The notes below the pieces were generated by a model. That model searched no databases. It had not been told where the DNA came from and saw nothing but the letters and a program-made list of their open reading frames with translations. Of a DNA stretch of 64,000 bases, positions 52,832 through 64,000 are shown one piece after another (positions within the stretch are counted from its first letter, which is position 1; the number at the start of each line of letters is the position of its first letter). The stretch is from Octopus vulgaris (lineage: Eukaryota), in the NCBI GenBank assembly GCA_951406725.2, contig OX597827.1, positions 12,400,001 to 12,464,000 of the forward strand. The letters run 5' to 3'. Both the position numbers and the translations under genes were made by a program.

Positions 52832-52991
52832 TAAGAAGTGTACAATTATATCATGCGAGACATGTATTTGCTATTCAAGAAGTTTGCTAATCAAGATTTT
52901 GGTCCCTTCATTGAAACTTTGTTCACTTTGCTGATGCTATAATACTTACATAAGAATATTTTAACAATCTATATAGCTGTTTTCTCAATGT

Positions 52992-53192
52992 TTAACCCTT
53001 TAGTGTTTAAACCGGCTGTATCCAGCCCAAATATTCTGCACATTTTATGCTCAAACTAGCCAGAACCAGCATCTCATACCTACCCTGCAATTAAAATAAG
53101 CAATTACATCTTTCCTATCTGGAAGCTACAAAATAATATCAGATAAATTTTTTTATATGTGAATAAATAAGGATTATTTTTGCCAAATTAAT
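52992..53192 (+). mobile_element. Possible piggyBac-like MITE left end
   Basis: TTAA-CCCTTTAG start; no right end seen. Confidence 0.35.
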
Positions 53193-54345
53193 ATGTCTGT
53201 GTTTGTCCCCCTAGCATTGCTTGACAACTGATGCTGGTGTGTTTATGTCCTCGTCACTTAGCGGTTCGGCAAAATAAAGCGATAGAATAAGTACTGGGCT
53301 TACAAAGAATAAGTCCCGGGGTCGAGTTTCTCGACTAAAGGCGGTGCTCCAGCATGGCCGCAGTCAACTGACTGAAACAAGTAAAAGAGAGAGAGTATAT
53401 ATATATATATGATAGGCGTCTTTAAGTTTTTATCTTTCAGATCCACTCATCACAAGGTTGCAATCAGCACTGGGCTATAGTTGAAGACATTTGCCTAAGA
53501 TGCAGTATGGTAGTTCAGAACCTAAGATCACATTGTCAGGAAGCAAAGCTTCTTACGTACACAGCCACCCCTATGCCTATAGCCATAACTGTGCTTATAA
53601 ATTTATAAAATTAACAAATCACTATTTTTCTCAGCGTGGCTGTAACCCCCGAAAGTTCTTAAATACTTACTGTGATGCAAGACAAATTCACTCTGTCTGA
53701 TTCAAATGAATTGTGGAAAGCATCTGAAGATTATTCATTATTAAATTTTGATATACGAAAATTAGTACAAATAATGATATAATAAACTTATCAGATGTCA
53801 TCTTTTCAATTATGCAGCACATATACTCAATACATAATCAATACATAATCAACAACACCATTACAGCAGTAACGAAAATATTTACATGCACAATGAGATT
53901 GTCCTGATAAACATATAAAATTACAGCCGCAAAACCATTATTATGAACATCACACTTAATATCCTTCTATATAATACAACAAAGAAGTTGCACAAACCAA
54001 ACATTAATTAACAATGCATTGTAGTTGTTGTTGTTGTTATCATAGCGGTTGATTTTTTTTGTTTTTTTGTTATTGCGATTGTTGTTTTTTGTTGTTATTT
54101 TTTTTTTTTTTTTGACGCTCGACAGACTGAAGAATAAAACTGTTCACACATTTAATGAAAAAATAAATACTGTTTTCATCCAGGAAACAAATCAAATAAT
54201 GCAAACACATATTCAGTCTTTTATGAAAAATCAGGTGATTTCCTATCATAAAATTGATGAAAAATTTTTCAAAAGAAGATATGTACACAAAATGTACAGT
54301 ACATTAACCCTAATGACAAAATTAAAATAACATTGGATATTACAA

Positions 54346-54794
<449 letters not shown>

Positions 54795-55240
54795 TTAAAA
54801 CTAGTTCATATCCTGTTTTACTATACTATACCTAAATAAAAGCAATTATCATCATCGTATTCATTATCATGATCGTTATTGATAAGATCATCACTGTGAT
54901 CATCTCCATTATCATCATAATCATTTTAACATCTACTCTTCCATGCTTGTATGAGTCAGTTGATATTTTGCTGGGGTAGATTTTCTACAACTAGATGCGA
55001 TGTGTTTCCAGTTGCCTTACACTACCTGTTTCTAAAGCAAGGTGAATATTTTCTCCCGGTTTACACATGTTCTCATGGAATATTGCAAATAAACAAGACG
55101 CTTGCATGATGGAAAAAAAATTTGTTTGCTGTTAGTTTGCAATGTCAAGACATGGAGACAGAAACACGCATACATATGGTTAAACTCACACACATACACA
55201 TGCACGTGCAGGCACACACACACACACACACACACACACA

Positions 55241-55461
55241 TGGCAGAAACGTTTGCATTCCGGGCGAAATGCTTAGCGGTATTTCGTCTGCCGTTACGTT
55301 GTGAGTTCAAATTCTGCTGAGGTCGACTTTGCCTTTCATCCTTTCGGGGTCGATAAATTAAGTACCAGTTACGCACTGGGGTCGATGTAATCGACTTAAT
55401 ACCTATGTCTGTCCTTGTTTGTCCCCTCTGTGTTGAGCCCCTTGTGGGTAATAAAGAAATA
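55241..55461 (+). mobile_element. SINE family B, tail type 1
   Basis: Matches the 9176-9412 copy. Confidence 0.88.
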
Positions 55462-55555
55462 TGTACACATATGGTTGATGTCATAAGAATTTGACTTTTC
55501 TATCCAGAGGTTTTTTTAACCCAATAATTACATGCACATATATATGTGTTTATGT

Positions 55556-55806
55556 GGAGGAGCCGCGTGGCTTAGTGGTTAGGGTGTCAGCATCATGATC
55601 ATAAGATAGTGGTTTCGATTCCTGGACCGGGTGCCACATTGTGTTCTTGAGCAAAACACATCACTTCACGTTACTCCAGTCCACTCAGCTGGCAAAAATG
55701 AGCAACACTGCGATGCACTGGCATCCCGTCCAGCTGGTGCACACATATGCCAATGAAACTGGGAAACCAGGCCCATGACCCTGGCTAAGCTTTAAAAGGG
55801 TGCATT
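55556..55806 (+). mobile_element. SINE family D-related copy with a different tail
   Basis: TGGCTTAGTGG A-box, TTCGATTCC B-box, GTGTTCTTGAGCAA. Confidence 0.7.
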
Positions 55807-55960
55807 TATTATTTTATTATTATATATGTGTTTATATACATATATTTAAAATAATAATAATAATAACAACAACATGTAACAACAAAAGAATGAGACCTCG
55901 ATATTAGATAAATAGAAGATTATTTATATATGTTATAGATTAGAACAAACAGTAAAGAGT

Positions 55961-56115
55961 TGTCATTATAGTACTCGGAGTTTCGAATGCTGGAGTGAAG
56001 AGCTATGATATGTTCTCATTGGCTATTAATGAGTATGATGATGACAATAATAGCCAATGAGAATGTATCATAGCTCTTCACTCTGACATTCAAAACTCCA
56101 AGTACTATAATGACA
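55961..56115. mobile_element. Fold-back / MITE with ~68-bp imperfect arms
   Basis: TGTCATTATAGTACT...CATTGGCTATTA / TAATAGCCAATG...AGTACTATAATGACA. Confidence 0.8.
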
Positions 56116-56150
56116 CACACACACATATATATATCCATAATATGTGTGTG

Positions 56151-56331
56151 TATATGTATAGATATATATACACAAATATGTACATATACACACACATATA
56201 TATGCATGTATATATCATCATCATCATCATTATCGTTTAGCGATGATGATGATGATGATGATGATGATATATACATGCATATATATATGTGTGTATATGT
56301 ACATATTTGTGTATATATATCTATACATATA
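56151..56331. repeat. ~180-bp palindrome built from microsatellite sequence
   Basis: Arms are reverse complements around cgtttagcg. Confidence 0.85.
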
Positions 56332-56449
56332 TATGTATATATATATATACATATATATGTATATATATGTGTGTGTTTGTATGTGTGTATGTGTGTAGAT
56401 ATATATATACACAGATATGTACATATATACATATATATATATATGCATG

Positions 56450-56482
<33 letters not shown>

Positions 56483-57090
56483 AGTGAGAAAGAGCATTTG
56501 AGAGAAAGAGAGAGAGAGAGAGAAATTGATAGATGTATGATAGGTGTCTTTCAGTTTTCTGCAAACCAAATTCATGCACAAGGCTTTGATCGACTCGAAA
56601 CTGCTGTGAGGTAAAGTTGCAGCCCCAAGACACATGGTTGCAAAGTAAATGCCTTCACCACAGAACCGTGTCTACACCAATACTCATATCAAATCTTTTC
56701 CTTTCCATAGGAAAACATATTAGATGATATCACAACAAAAACAAAAACAAAAACAAGAAACAAGCAGCAGCAAACAAGAAACAAAACCCAGAAAGCTTTA
56801 AAAGAATCACCATTGCCTACATACCATCGTATTCATAAAATATAACCAGAGGCTCATATAATATCATCTGCTTTAGCAGAAGTTTCTGATATGATAATAA
56901 AAGAAGATAATAAAAACCAATAATACAAGAGGAAGAAATAGAAATTCAAACAGTTTGTTTTTTCATTCCTGAAGATCTAAGTTTGATCCCACAGTATCAT
57001 AATTCAGGAATGTGTTTTTAACTGTGACTATAGTCAGACAAACAACTTTCTAAGTGAGAATAGATGAAAATTATACAGAAACCCATCATA

Positions 57091-57262
57091 GGCGCAGGAG
57101 TGGCTGTGTGGTAGGTAGCTTGCTTACCAGCCACATGGTTCCAGGTTCAGTCCCACTGCGTGGCACCCTGGGCAAGTGTCTACTGCTATAGCCTCGGGCC
57201 GACCAATGCCTTGTGAGTGGATTTGGTAGACGGAAAACTGATAGAAGCCCGTCGTATATATG

Positions 57263-57293
<31 letters not shown>

Positions 57294-57516
57294 ATATGTT
57301 TGTGTGTCTTTGTTTGTCCCTCTAGCATTGCTTGACAACCGATGCTGGTGTTTTTACGTTCCTGTCACTTAGCGGTTCGGCAAAAAGAGACCGATAGAAT
57401 AAGTACTGGGCTTACAAAAGAATAAGTCCCGGGGTCGAGTTGCTCGATTAAAGGCGGTGCTCCAGCATGGCCGCAGTCAAATGACTGAAACAAGTAAAAG
57501 AGTAAAGAGTAAGAGT
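57091..57516 (+). mobile_element. Full SINE family A with 12-bp TSD, nested in an older SINE A head
   Basis: TSD AAACCCATCATA at 57079-57090 and 57517-57528. Confidence 0.93.
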
Positions 57517-58004
57517 AAACCCATCATATATATATATATGCCTGTCAGTTTGGGTTTTATTTTTTATCTATATTAATAGAAGTGAAATTCTGTCTGTCTG
57601 AGACCACTGTATCTCAGTCTACATATGATCTACTTAGACATATTATACCTTTTGGGAATCAGGATGATCCCAGGATTGAAAAATCTGCCCTTCATTTGTT
57701 TCTTGAACATCCAGCATTGAAATCTGATTTAAAAGCATTTGGGTTACTATTTCTAGCAGGCAAAGAGACTGTGATAGGTACACACATATATATTACATAC
57801 ATATGTATGTATGTATGCATGTTTTTATATACCTATACCTCTATATTTTCACCTATGTCTTTCTACCTACCCACCTATTTGTATGTCTGTATGTCTGTCG
57901 ATCTAACTATCTATCTATATATCTATCTGTCTATCTATCTTTTATGCAAGCATACATATATGCATGAATCCATCCATCCATCCATCTATCCATGCATACA
58001 TACA

Positions 58005-58390
58005 TGGATGGAAGCACTTCGTTGGTTACAACGACGAGGGTTCCGGTTGATCCGATCAACGGAACAGCCTGCTCGTGAAATTAACGTGTAAGTGGCTGAG
58101 CACTCCACAGACACGTGTACCCTTAATGTAGTTCTCGGGGATATTCAGCGTGACACAGAGAGTGATAAGGCCGGCCCTTTGAAATACAAGTACAACAGAA
58201 ACAGGAAGTAAGAGTGAGAGAAAGTTGTGGTGAAAGAGTACAGCAGGGATCACCACCATCCCTGCCGGAGCCTCGTGGAGCTTTTAGGTGTTTTCGCTCA
58301 ATAAACACACAGCACGCCCGGTCTGGGAATCGAAACCACGATCCTATGACTGCGAGTCCGCTGCCCTAACCACTGGGCCATTGCGCCCCC
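58005..58390 (-). mobile_element. Full SINE family C
   Basis: Near-identical to 49941-50327. Confidence 0.9.
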
Positions 58391-58517
58391 ACATACATAC
58401 ATACACACACACACACATTGTTATATTGAAAAGGAGAGAGAGACAGAAAACAATAGACAGAGACAGGAGACAGACAGACAGACTAACAGAGATCATTGAG
58501 TTCAAACATATTTTCAA

Positions 58518-58915
58518 CTAGCAGTATCGCCCGGCGTTGCTCAGGTTTGTAAGGGAAATAACTATATAAGCATTTTTAGAGATGCAAAGTATAATAGCCA
58601 TCTCAATATGGCTAACCATAAAGGGGGGGGGGGGTTACTGTAGCTTTTTACGTTCTGAGATTTAATAATAAATTTTTAGAGAGTTACTTCCCTTATATAT
58701 GCCAAAAATGCATTAAAAATGGGAAAAATTGATGGTAAATTTTATTTTAAATCGTAGACTCATCGTAGATGCGCGCTAATACCCAGAAGGGCTCGATATG
58801 AATCACGACTATAAGATACCCGGTTTTGGTTAAACTGCACCGCAAAATGTGGGAGTAGTTAGAATCTAAATCGTAGGAGACAGACAGCACACAACCTCAC
58901 TTTTATATATAAAGA
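58518..58915 (-). mobile_element. Non-autonomous Helitron, family 1, with ~100 bp of extra internal sequence
   Basis: A|CTAGcagtatcgcccggcgttgctc ... tataaaGA|T; segment 58581-58680 is absent from the other copies. Confidence 0.87.
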
Positions 58916-59621
58916 TATAAAGAAGTCGAAATCCTGTCAGCTTGTTATTAAGAATCTTCCCAAATATATTTAGCTGTAAACAATGCATCGGCTCACAACA
59001 TCTCGATGCCATAAACAAGAAATGAAGACTTGCATTAATAATATATTTTCCATTTCACTCACCACACAAAAAAAAAAAAAATTTTAAAATAAAAGCAAAA
59101 GGAAAAAAAATTAAATTAACGGGGGTGATATAGTGTGACAAAATTAACATCACATTTATTAATTTCCAGTACCACATTTGAGATAAAACTAATACTATAA
59201 TTTGCAGATAACTAGCAATTAAAAGTTTGCTTAATGGAAGTAACTTCAATGAAACAAAACTATGACAAAACTCGATCATATTCTTTTGGTTTTCCTTTAA
59301 CAAATAAAAAAAAAATTGAAATTATAGATTTAATCATTAAAACAGACGCCACTGTTATTTAATTGCGTGTGTGATTGCTATGTTGATACATAACTTCCAT
59401 GCTTTCTGTTATTCATTCTCTCTCCCTAGGTTTTGAGGGATAATATTTAAATATCATGTTTAATGTAAAGTTCAAATAGAGTAAATAGATTTCATTTTTG
59501 TATCTGGTTTGCAAGGTTCTTTATGCGGATTCATGTAGCGAATCAAATTTTGTTGTGTCTTGCGAGACATCACGCCAACATAACACACACACTGGTTCAT
59601 TTCCACTCATTTATTAGATAC

Positions 59622-59950
59622 TCTACTCTTTTACTCTTTTACTTGTTTCAGTCATTTGAAACAATTATTCTATCGGTCTCTTTTGCCGAACCGATAGGTG
59701 ATGGGGATGTAAACACACCAGCATCGGTTGTCAAGCAATGCTAGTGGGACAAACACAGACACACAAACACACACACACATACATATATATATATACGACA
59801 GGCTTCCTTCAGTTTCCATCTACCAAATCCACTCACAAGGCATTGGTCGGCCCGGGGCTATAGCAGAAGACACTTGCCCAAGATGCCACACAGTGGGACT
59901 GAACCCAGAACCATGTGGTTGGTTAGCAAGCTACTTACCACACAGCCAAT
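59622..59950 (-). mobile_element. SINE family A with an internal deletion
   Basis: Lacks the gcggccatgctggagc...gtaagccc block. Confidence 0.85.
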
Positions 59951-60187
59951 CCACTTTTGTTTTTTATTTTTTGTCAAAGCTCTTTTGCTGCTTTTTTGCA
60001 ACCTTCTCAGAGACTGAGAGTGTTAATTATATTGGAAGGATGACTCTTGCAACAAAAAGAGTAAATATATTTTGTATGAGTAAGATTTTTCTAAGTATAC
60101 AGTTTTGCAGATATGACCTGATATTGAATTTAAAACTGTTTCTGAGACAGTTTTGAGGTCACTTGCAAAATTATATTTATTAACTGC

Positions 60188-60971
60188 GAGGCGGCGAGTT
60201 GGCAGAATCGTTAGTATGTCGGGCGAAATGCTGAGCAGTATTCGTCGACCGTTACGTTCTGTGTTCAAATTCCACCGAGGTCGACTTTGCCTTTCATCCT
60301 TTCGGGGTCGATAAATAAAGTACCAGTTATGCACTGGGGTCGATATAATCGACTTAATCCCTTTGTCTGTCCTTGTTTGTCCCCTCTGTGTTTAGCCCCT
60401 TGTGGGTAGTAAAGAAATAGGTATTTCGTCTGCCGTTACGTTCTGAGTTCAAATTCCACCGAGGTCGACTTTGCCTTTCATCCTTTCGGGGTCGATAAAT
60501 AAAGTACCAGTTACGCACTGGGGTCGATATAATCGACTTAATCCCTTTGTCTGTCCTTGTTTGTCCCCTCTGTGTTTAGCCCCTTGTGGGTAGTAAAGAA
60601 ATAGGTATTTCGTCTGCCGTTACGTTCTGAGTTCAAATTCCACCGAGGTCGACTTTGCCTTTCATCCTTTCGGGGTCGATAAATAAAGTACCAGTTATGC
60701 ACTGGGGTCGATATAATCGACTTAATCCCTTTGTCTGTCCTTGTTTGTCCCCTCTGTGTTTAGCTCCTTGTGGGTAGTAAAGAAATAGGTATTTCGTCTG
60801 CCGTTACGTTCTGAGTTCAAATTCCACCGAGGTCGACTTTGCCTTTCATCCTTTCGGGGTCGATAAATAAAGTACCAGTTATGCACTGGGGTCGATATAA
60901 TCGACTTAATCCCTTTGTCTGTCCGTGTTCGTCCCCTCTGTGTTTAGCTCCTTGTGGGTAGTAAAGAAATA
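60188..60971 (+). mobile_element. SINE B with one head and four tandem ~184-bp body-tail units, bracketed by one 16-bp TSD
   Basis: Units start at ~60238, 60421, 60605, 60789; TSD TATATTTATTAA(C/T)TGC at 60172-60187 and 60972-60987. Confidence 0.92.
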
Positions 60972-60988
60972 TATATTTATTAATTGCC

Positions 60989-61411
60989 TTTACTCTCTTT
61001 TACTCTTTTGCTTGTTTCAGTCATTTGACTGTGGCCATGCTGGAGCACCGCCTTTAGTCAAGCAAATCGACCCCAGGACTTATTCTTTATAAGCCCAGTA
61101 CTTATTCTATCGGTCTCTTTTGCCGAACCGCTAAGTGACGGGGACGTAAACACACCAGCATCAGTTGTCAAACAATGCTAGGGGGACAAACACCGACACA
61201 CAAACATATACACACACACACTTAAATATATATATATATACATATATACGACAGGCTTCTTTCAGTTTCCGTCTACCAAATCCACTCACAAGGCATTGGT
61301 CAGCCCGGTGCTATAGCAGAAGACACTTGCCCAAGATTCCATACAGTGGGACTGAACCCAGAACCATGTGGTTGGTTAGCAAGCTACTTACCACACAGCC
61401 ATTCCTGCGCC
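60989..61411 (-). mobile_element. Full SINE family A
   Basis: Tail to head. Confidence 0.9.
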
Positions 61412-61529
61412 TATGTTGAGAAAACTAACAACAGATTTTCTGTGTGACTGAAACACAGTAAAGATGTGGTCCAATGTCAAATTTATTGCAGATGAGAGTT
61501 GAACCATTATTTACAATGATACATAATAG

Positions 61530-62430
61530 GCACCTGTGACAGGGACACATAAAAAGTTCTCACGACTGTGACACGTAAAAAGCACCTGTAATGGTGATAC
61601 ATAAAAGGCATCCATGACAGTGACACATAGAAGGCACCCATGAAAGTGACATGTAAAAGGCACCCATGAAAGTGACATGTAAAAGGTACCCATGAAAGTG
61701 ACATGTAAAAGGTACCCATGAAAGTGACATGTAAAAGGCACCCATGAAAGTGACATGTAAAAGGTACCCATGAAAGTGACATGTAAAAGGCACCCATGAA
61801 AGTGACATGTAAAAGGCACCCATGAAAGTGACATGTAAAAGGCACCCATGAAAGTGACATGTAAAAGGCACCCATGAAAGTGACATGTAAAAGGTACCCA
61901 TGAAAGTGACATGTAAAAGGCACCCATGAAAGTGACATGTAAAAGGCACCCATGAAAGTGACATGTAAAAGGCACCCATGAAAGTGACATGTAAAAGGCA
62001 CCCATGAAAGTGACATGTAAAAGGCACCCATGAAAGTGACATGTAAAAGGTACCCATGAAAGTGACATGTAAAAGGTACCCATGAAAGTGACATGTAAAA
62101 GGCACCCATGAAAGTGACATGTAAAAGGCACCCATGAAAGTGACATGTAAAAGGCACCCATGAAAGTGACATGTAAAAGGCACCCATGAAAGTGACATGT
62201 AAAAGGCACCCATGAAAGTGACATGTAAAAGGCACCCATGAAAGTGACATGTAAAAGGCACCCACTTGAAGTGGTTGGTGTTAGGAAGGGCATCCAGCCA
62301 TAGAAACAAAACCAGTTTACCAGTTCCAGTCAGACCATCTAACCCATGCCAACACAACAAACGGATGCTAAATGATGATGATGATGATGATGATGACGAT
62401 GATGATGATGATGATGATTATGATGATGAC

Positions 62431-62462
<32 letters not shown>

Positions 62463-62463
62463 C

Positions 62464-62495
<32 letters not shown>

Positions 62496-62540
62496 CGATG
62501 ATGATGATGATGATGATTATGATGATGACGATGATGACGA
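61530..62540 (+). mobile_element. Family E LINE 3' UTR containing a 26-bp minisatellite (about 61610-62264, ~25 copies) and a long (GAT)n tail
   Basis: Unit CATGAAAGTGACATGTAAAAGG(C/T)ACC, followed by GGTTGGTGTTAGGAAGGGCATCCAGC and AACCCATGCC. Confidence 0.85.
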
Positions 62541-63557
62541 CTTTATTTACATTATGTAGATTGTTGCTGATAATGAGGTGATTTAGCACAGCTGAGTGAA
62601 CATCCAGCCTGTTCTGCCAACAGTACTTTTTGACACCGGAGGAAAACATACACACACACACACATGCAAGCACATGCACACACGCACAGGATTATACACA
62701 TAGAGGTAGAAAGAGTGAGAGATAGAGAAGGGGAAGAGAGAAAGAGAAAGAGAGAGAGACATTACAATTTATTAACTAAACAGAATTGATATAAACACTC
62801 TTACTCTCCTCAGACATGTAAAGAGAAATATGTTCATACACATAAAGGGAGAGAGAGTGAGAGAGAAGGTGAGAGAAGGAGGGTGGGAGAGAGAGAAAGA
62901 GGGAAAGGGAGAAACAGAAAGAGAGAGACAGAGAGAGAGAGTAGATATGGGAATGATATTACAAATCAATTATTGAACACTTCCTCTCTTGACATGGACA
63001 TAAAGAGAAAATATGCTCACACATATAAACAAAGTGAGGGAGAGAGAGAGAGAGAGAGTGGGGTAAGGAGGATGAGAACAAGAGAAGCCTTAAAATGTCT
63101 AATGTCAAATAAGTCAGCATCAAATCAACAATGCCGTATAAACAGGGCCGAAACAGCTGTGTCAAAAGTCTCATGGCTAATTGTTGCAATGAAAATATGT
63201 CTGTTTTCTGTTTTATATCGAAGATTTCCCCATTTCAAGATACCACTATTTCTAATCTGCCCATTCTTTATATTTTGGACACTGAATCTAAGGAGATTCT
63301 TGCACCAGTATTTGTATATATAAGCACAAATGTGGCCATGTGGTGAAGAGGTTTGCCTCCCAATCATGACGGTTTGGGATTTAGTCCCACAGTGCAGCAT
63401 CTTAGGTAAGGGTCAGGTGAGAAGTGACCAAATCCTTGTGAGTAGATTTGGTAGAAAAAACGGAGAGAAGCCTCTTACAGGTATACATACATACATATAT
63501 ATATATATAAATAAAACTTACTTGGAAGAAGAAGAAAATGACGCGTGCGTTCAATCA

Positions 63558-63696
63558 TATAATAAAAATTTAATAAATAAAGCATATGCATACATACATA
63601 TATGTACATACCTACATCTATGTGTATATATACATATAGATGTAGGTATGTACATATATGTATATATGTATGCATATGTTTTATTTATTAAATTGT

Positions 63697-63703
<7 letters not shown>
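63558..63703. repeat. AT-rich near-perfect palindrome
   Basis: aatttaataaataaagcatatgcatac...tata|tata...gtatgcatatgttttatttattaaatt. Confidence 0.8.
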
Positions 63704-63752
<49 letters not shown>

Positions 63753-64000
63753 ACATACATATGAATGTTTCTATGTATGTAAATAAATGTGTGTGTGTGA
63801 GTACGTGGATGTGTGTGTGTGCCCCAGCATGACCACAGCCTTAGTGCTGACACGTATTAAAGAATAAATATGAGATGCTGAGAGTGAAAAGTATTTTCCT
63901 TTATTGAACTAAATTTTTTTTATAGTGTCCATTGCTTAACACATGTGCCTAAGTGAAAATACATATCACCTACTCACTTGAAAATTGATATTTGTCTATA

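Noticed and set aside
60238-60971. 184-bp repeats as a CRISPR or RNA-gene array
   Set aside because: Units are SINE B body and tail, matching dispersed monomers
61507-62360. Three ~260-aa ORFs, and a possible CRISPR-like array
   Set aside because: 26-bp head-to-tail unit with no spacers and no cas genes; all three frames are open because the unit has no stop

Overview
Eukaryotic, AT-rich window dominated by repeats. The SINE families and microsatellite load suggest an octopod cephalopod (Octopus-like), which is an inference. It reads as a long intron or intergenic region, and no host gene can be named with confidence. Nearly all ORF-track entries are translations of microsatellites or SINEs. 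The real coding remnants are transposon-derived: a 5'-truncated, frameshifted Penelope-like element (RT plus GIY-YIG, 41887-44502, minus strand), a probable LINE ORF1 N-terminus (6583-6888), an RTE C-terminus and a mariner C-terminus. Also present are four tRNA-derived SINE families (several with clean TSDs), two non-autonomous Helitron families, MITEs and fold-backs, a (TAA)n-embedded LINE 3' UTR, and 36-bp, 26-bp and 184-bp tandem arrays. The most notable signal is a set of apparently unrelated short non-coding elements, mostly next to (TA)n or (TACA)n tracts, that each carry a type I hammerhead ribozyme fold. The one at 2161-2243 has an intact core. Together with the Penelope-like element they suggest a PLE/retrozyme-like system. 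Coordinates of degenerate repeats are approximate.
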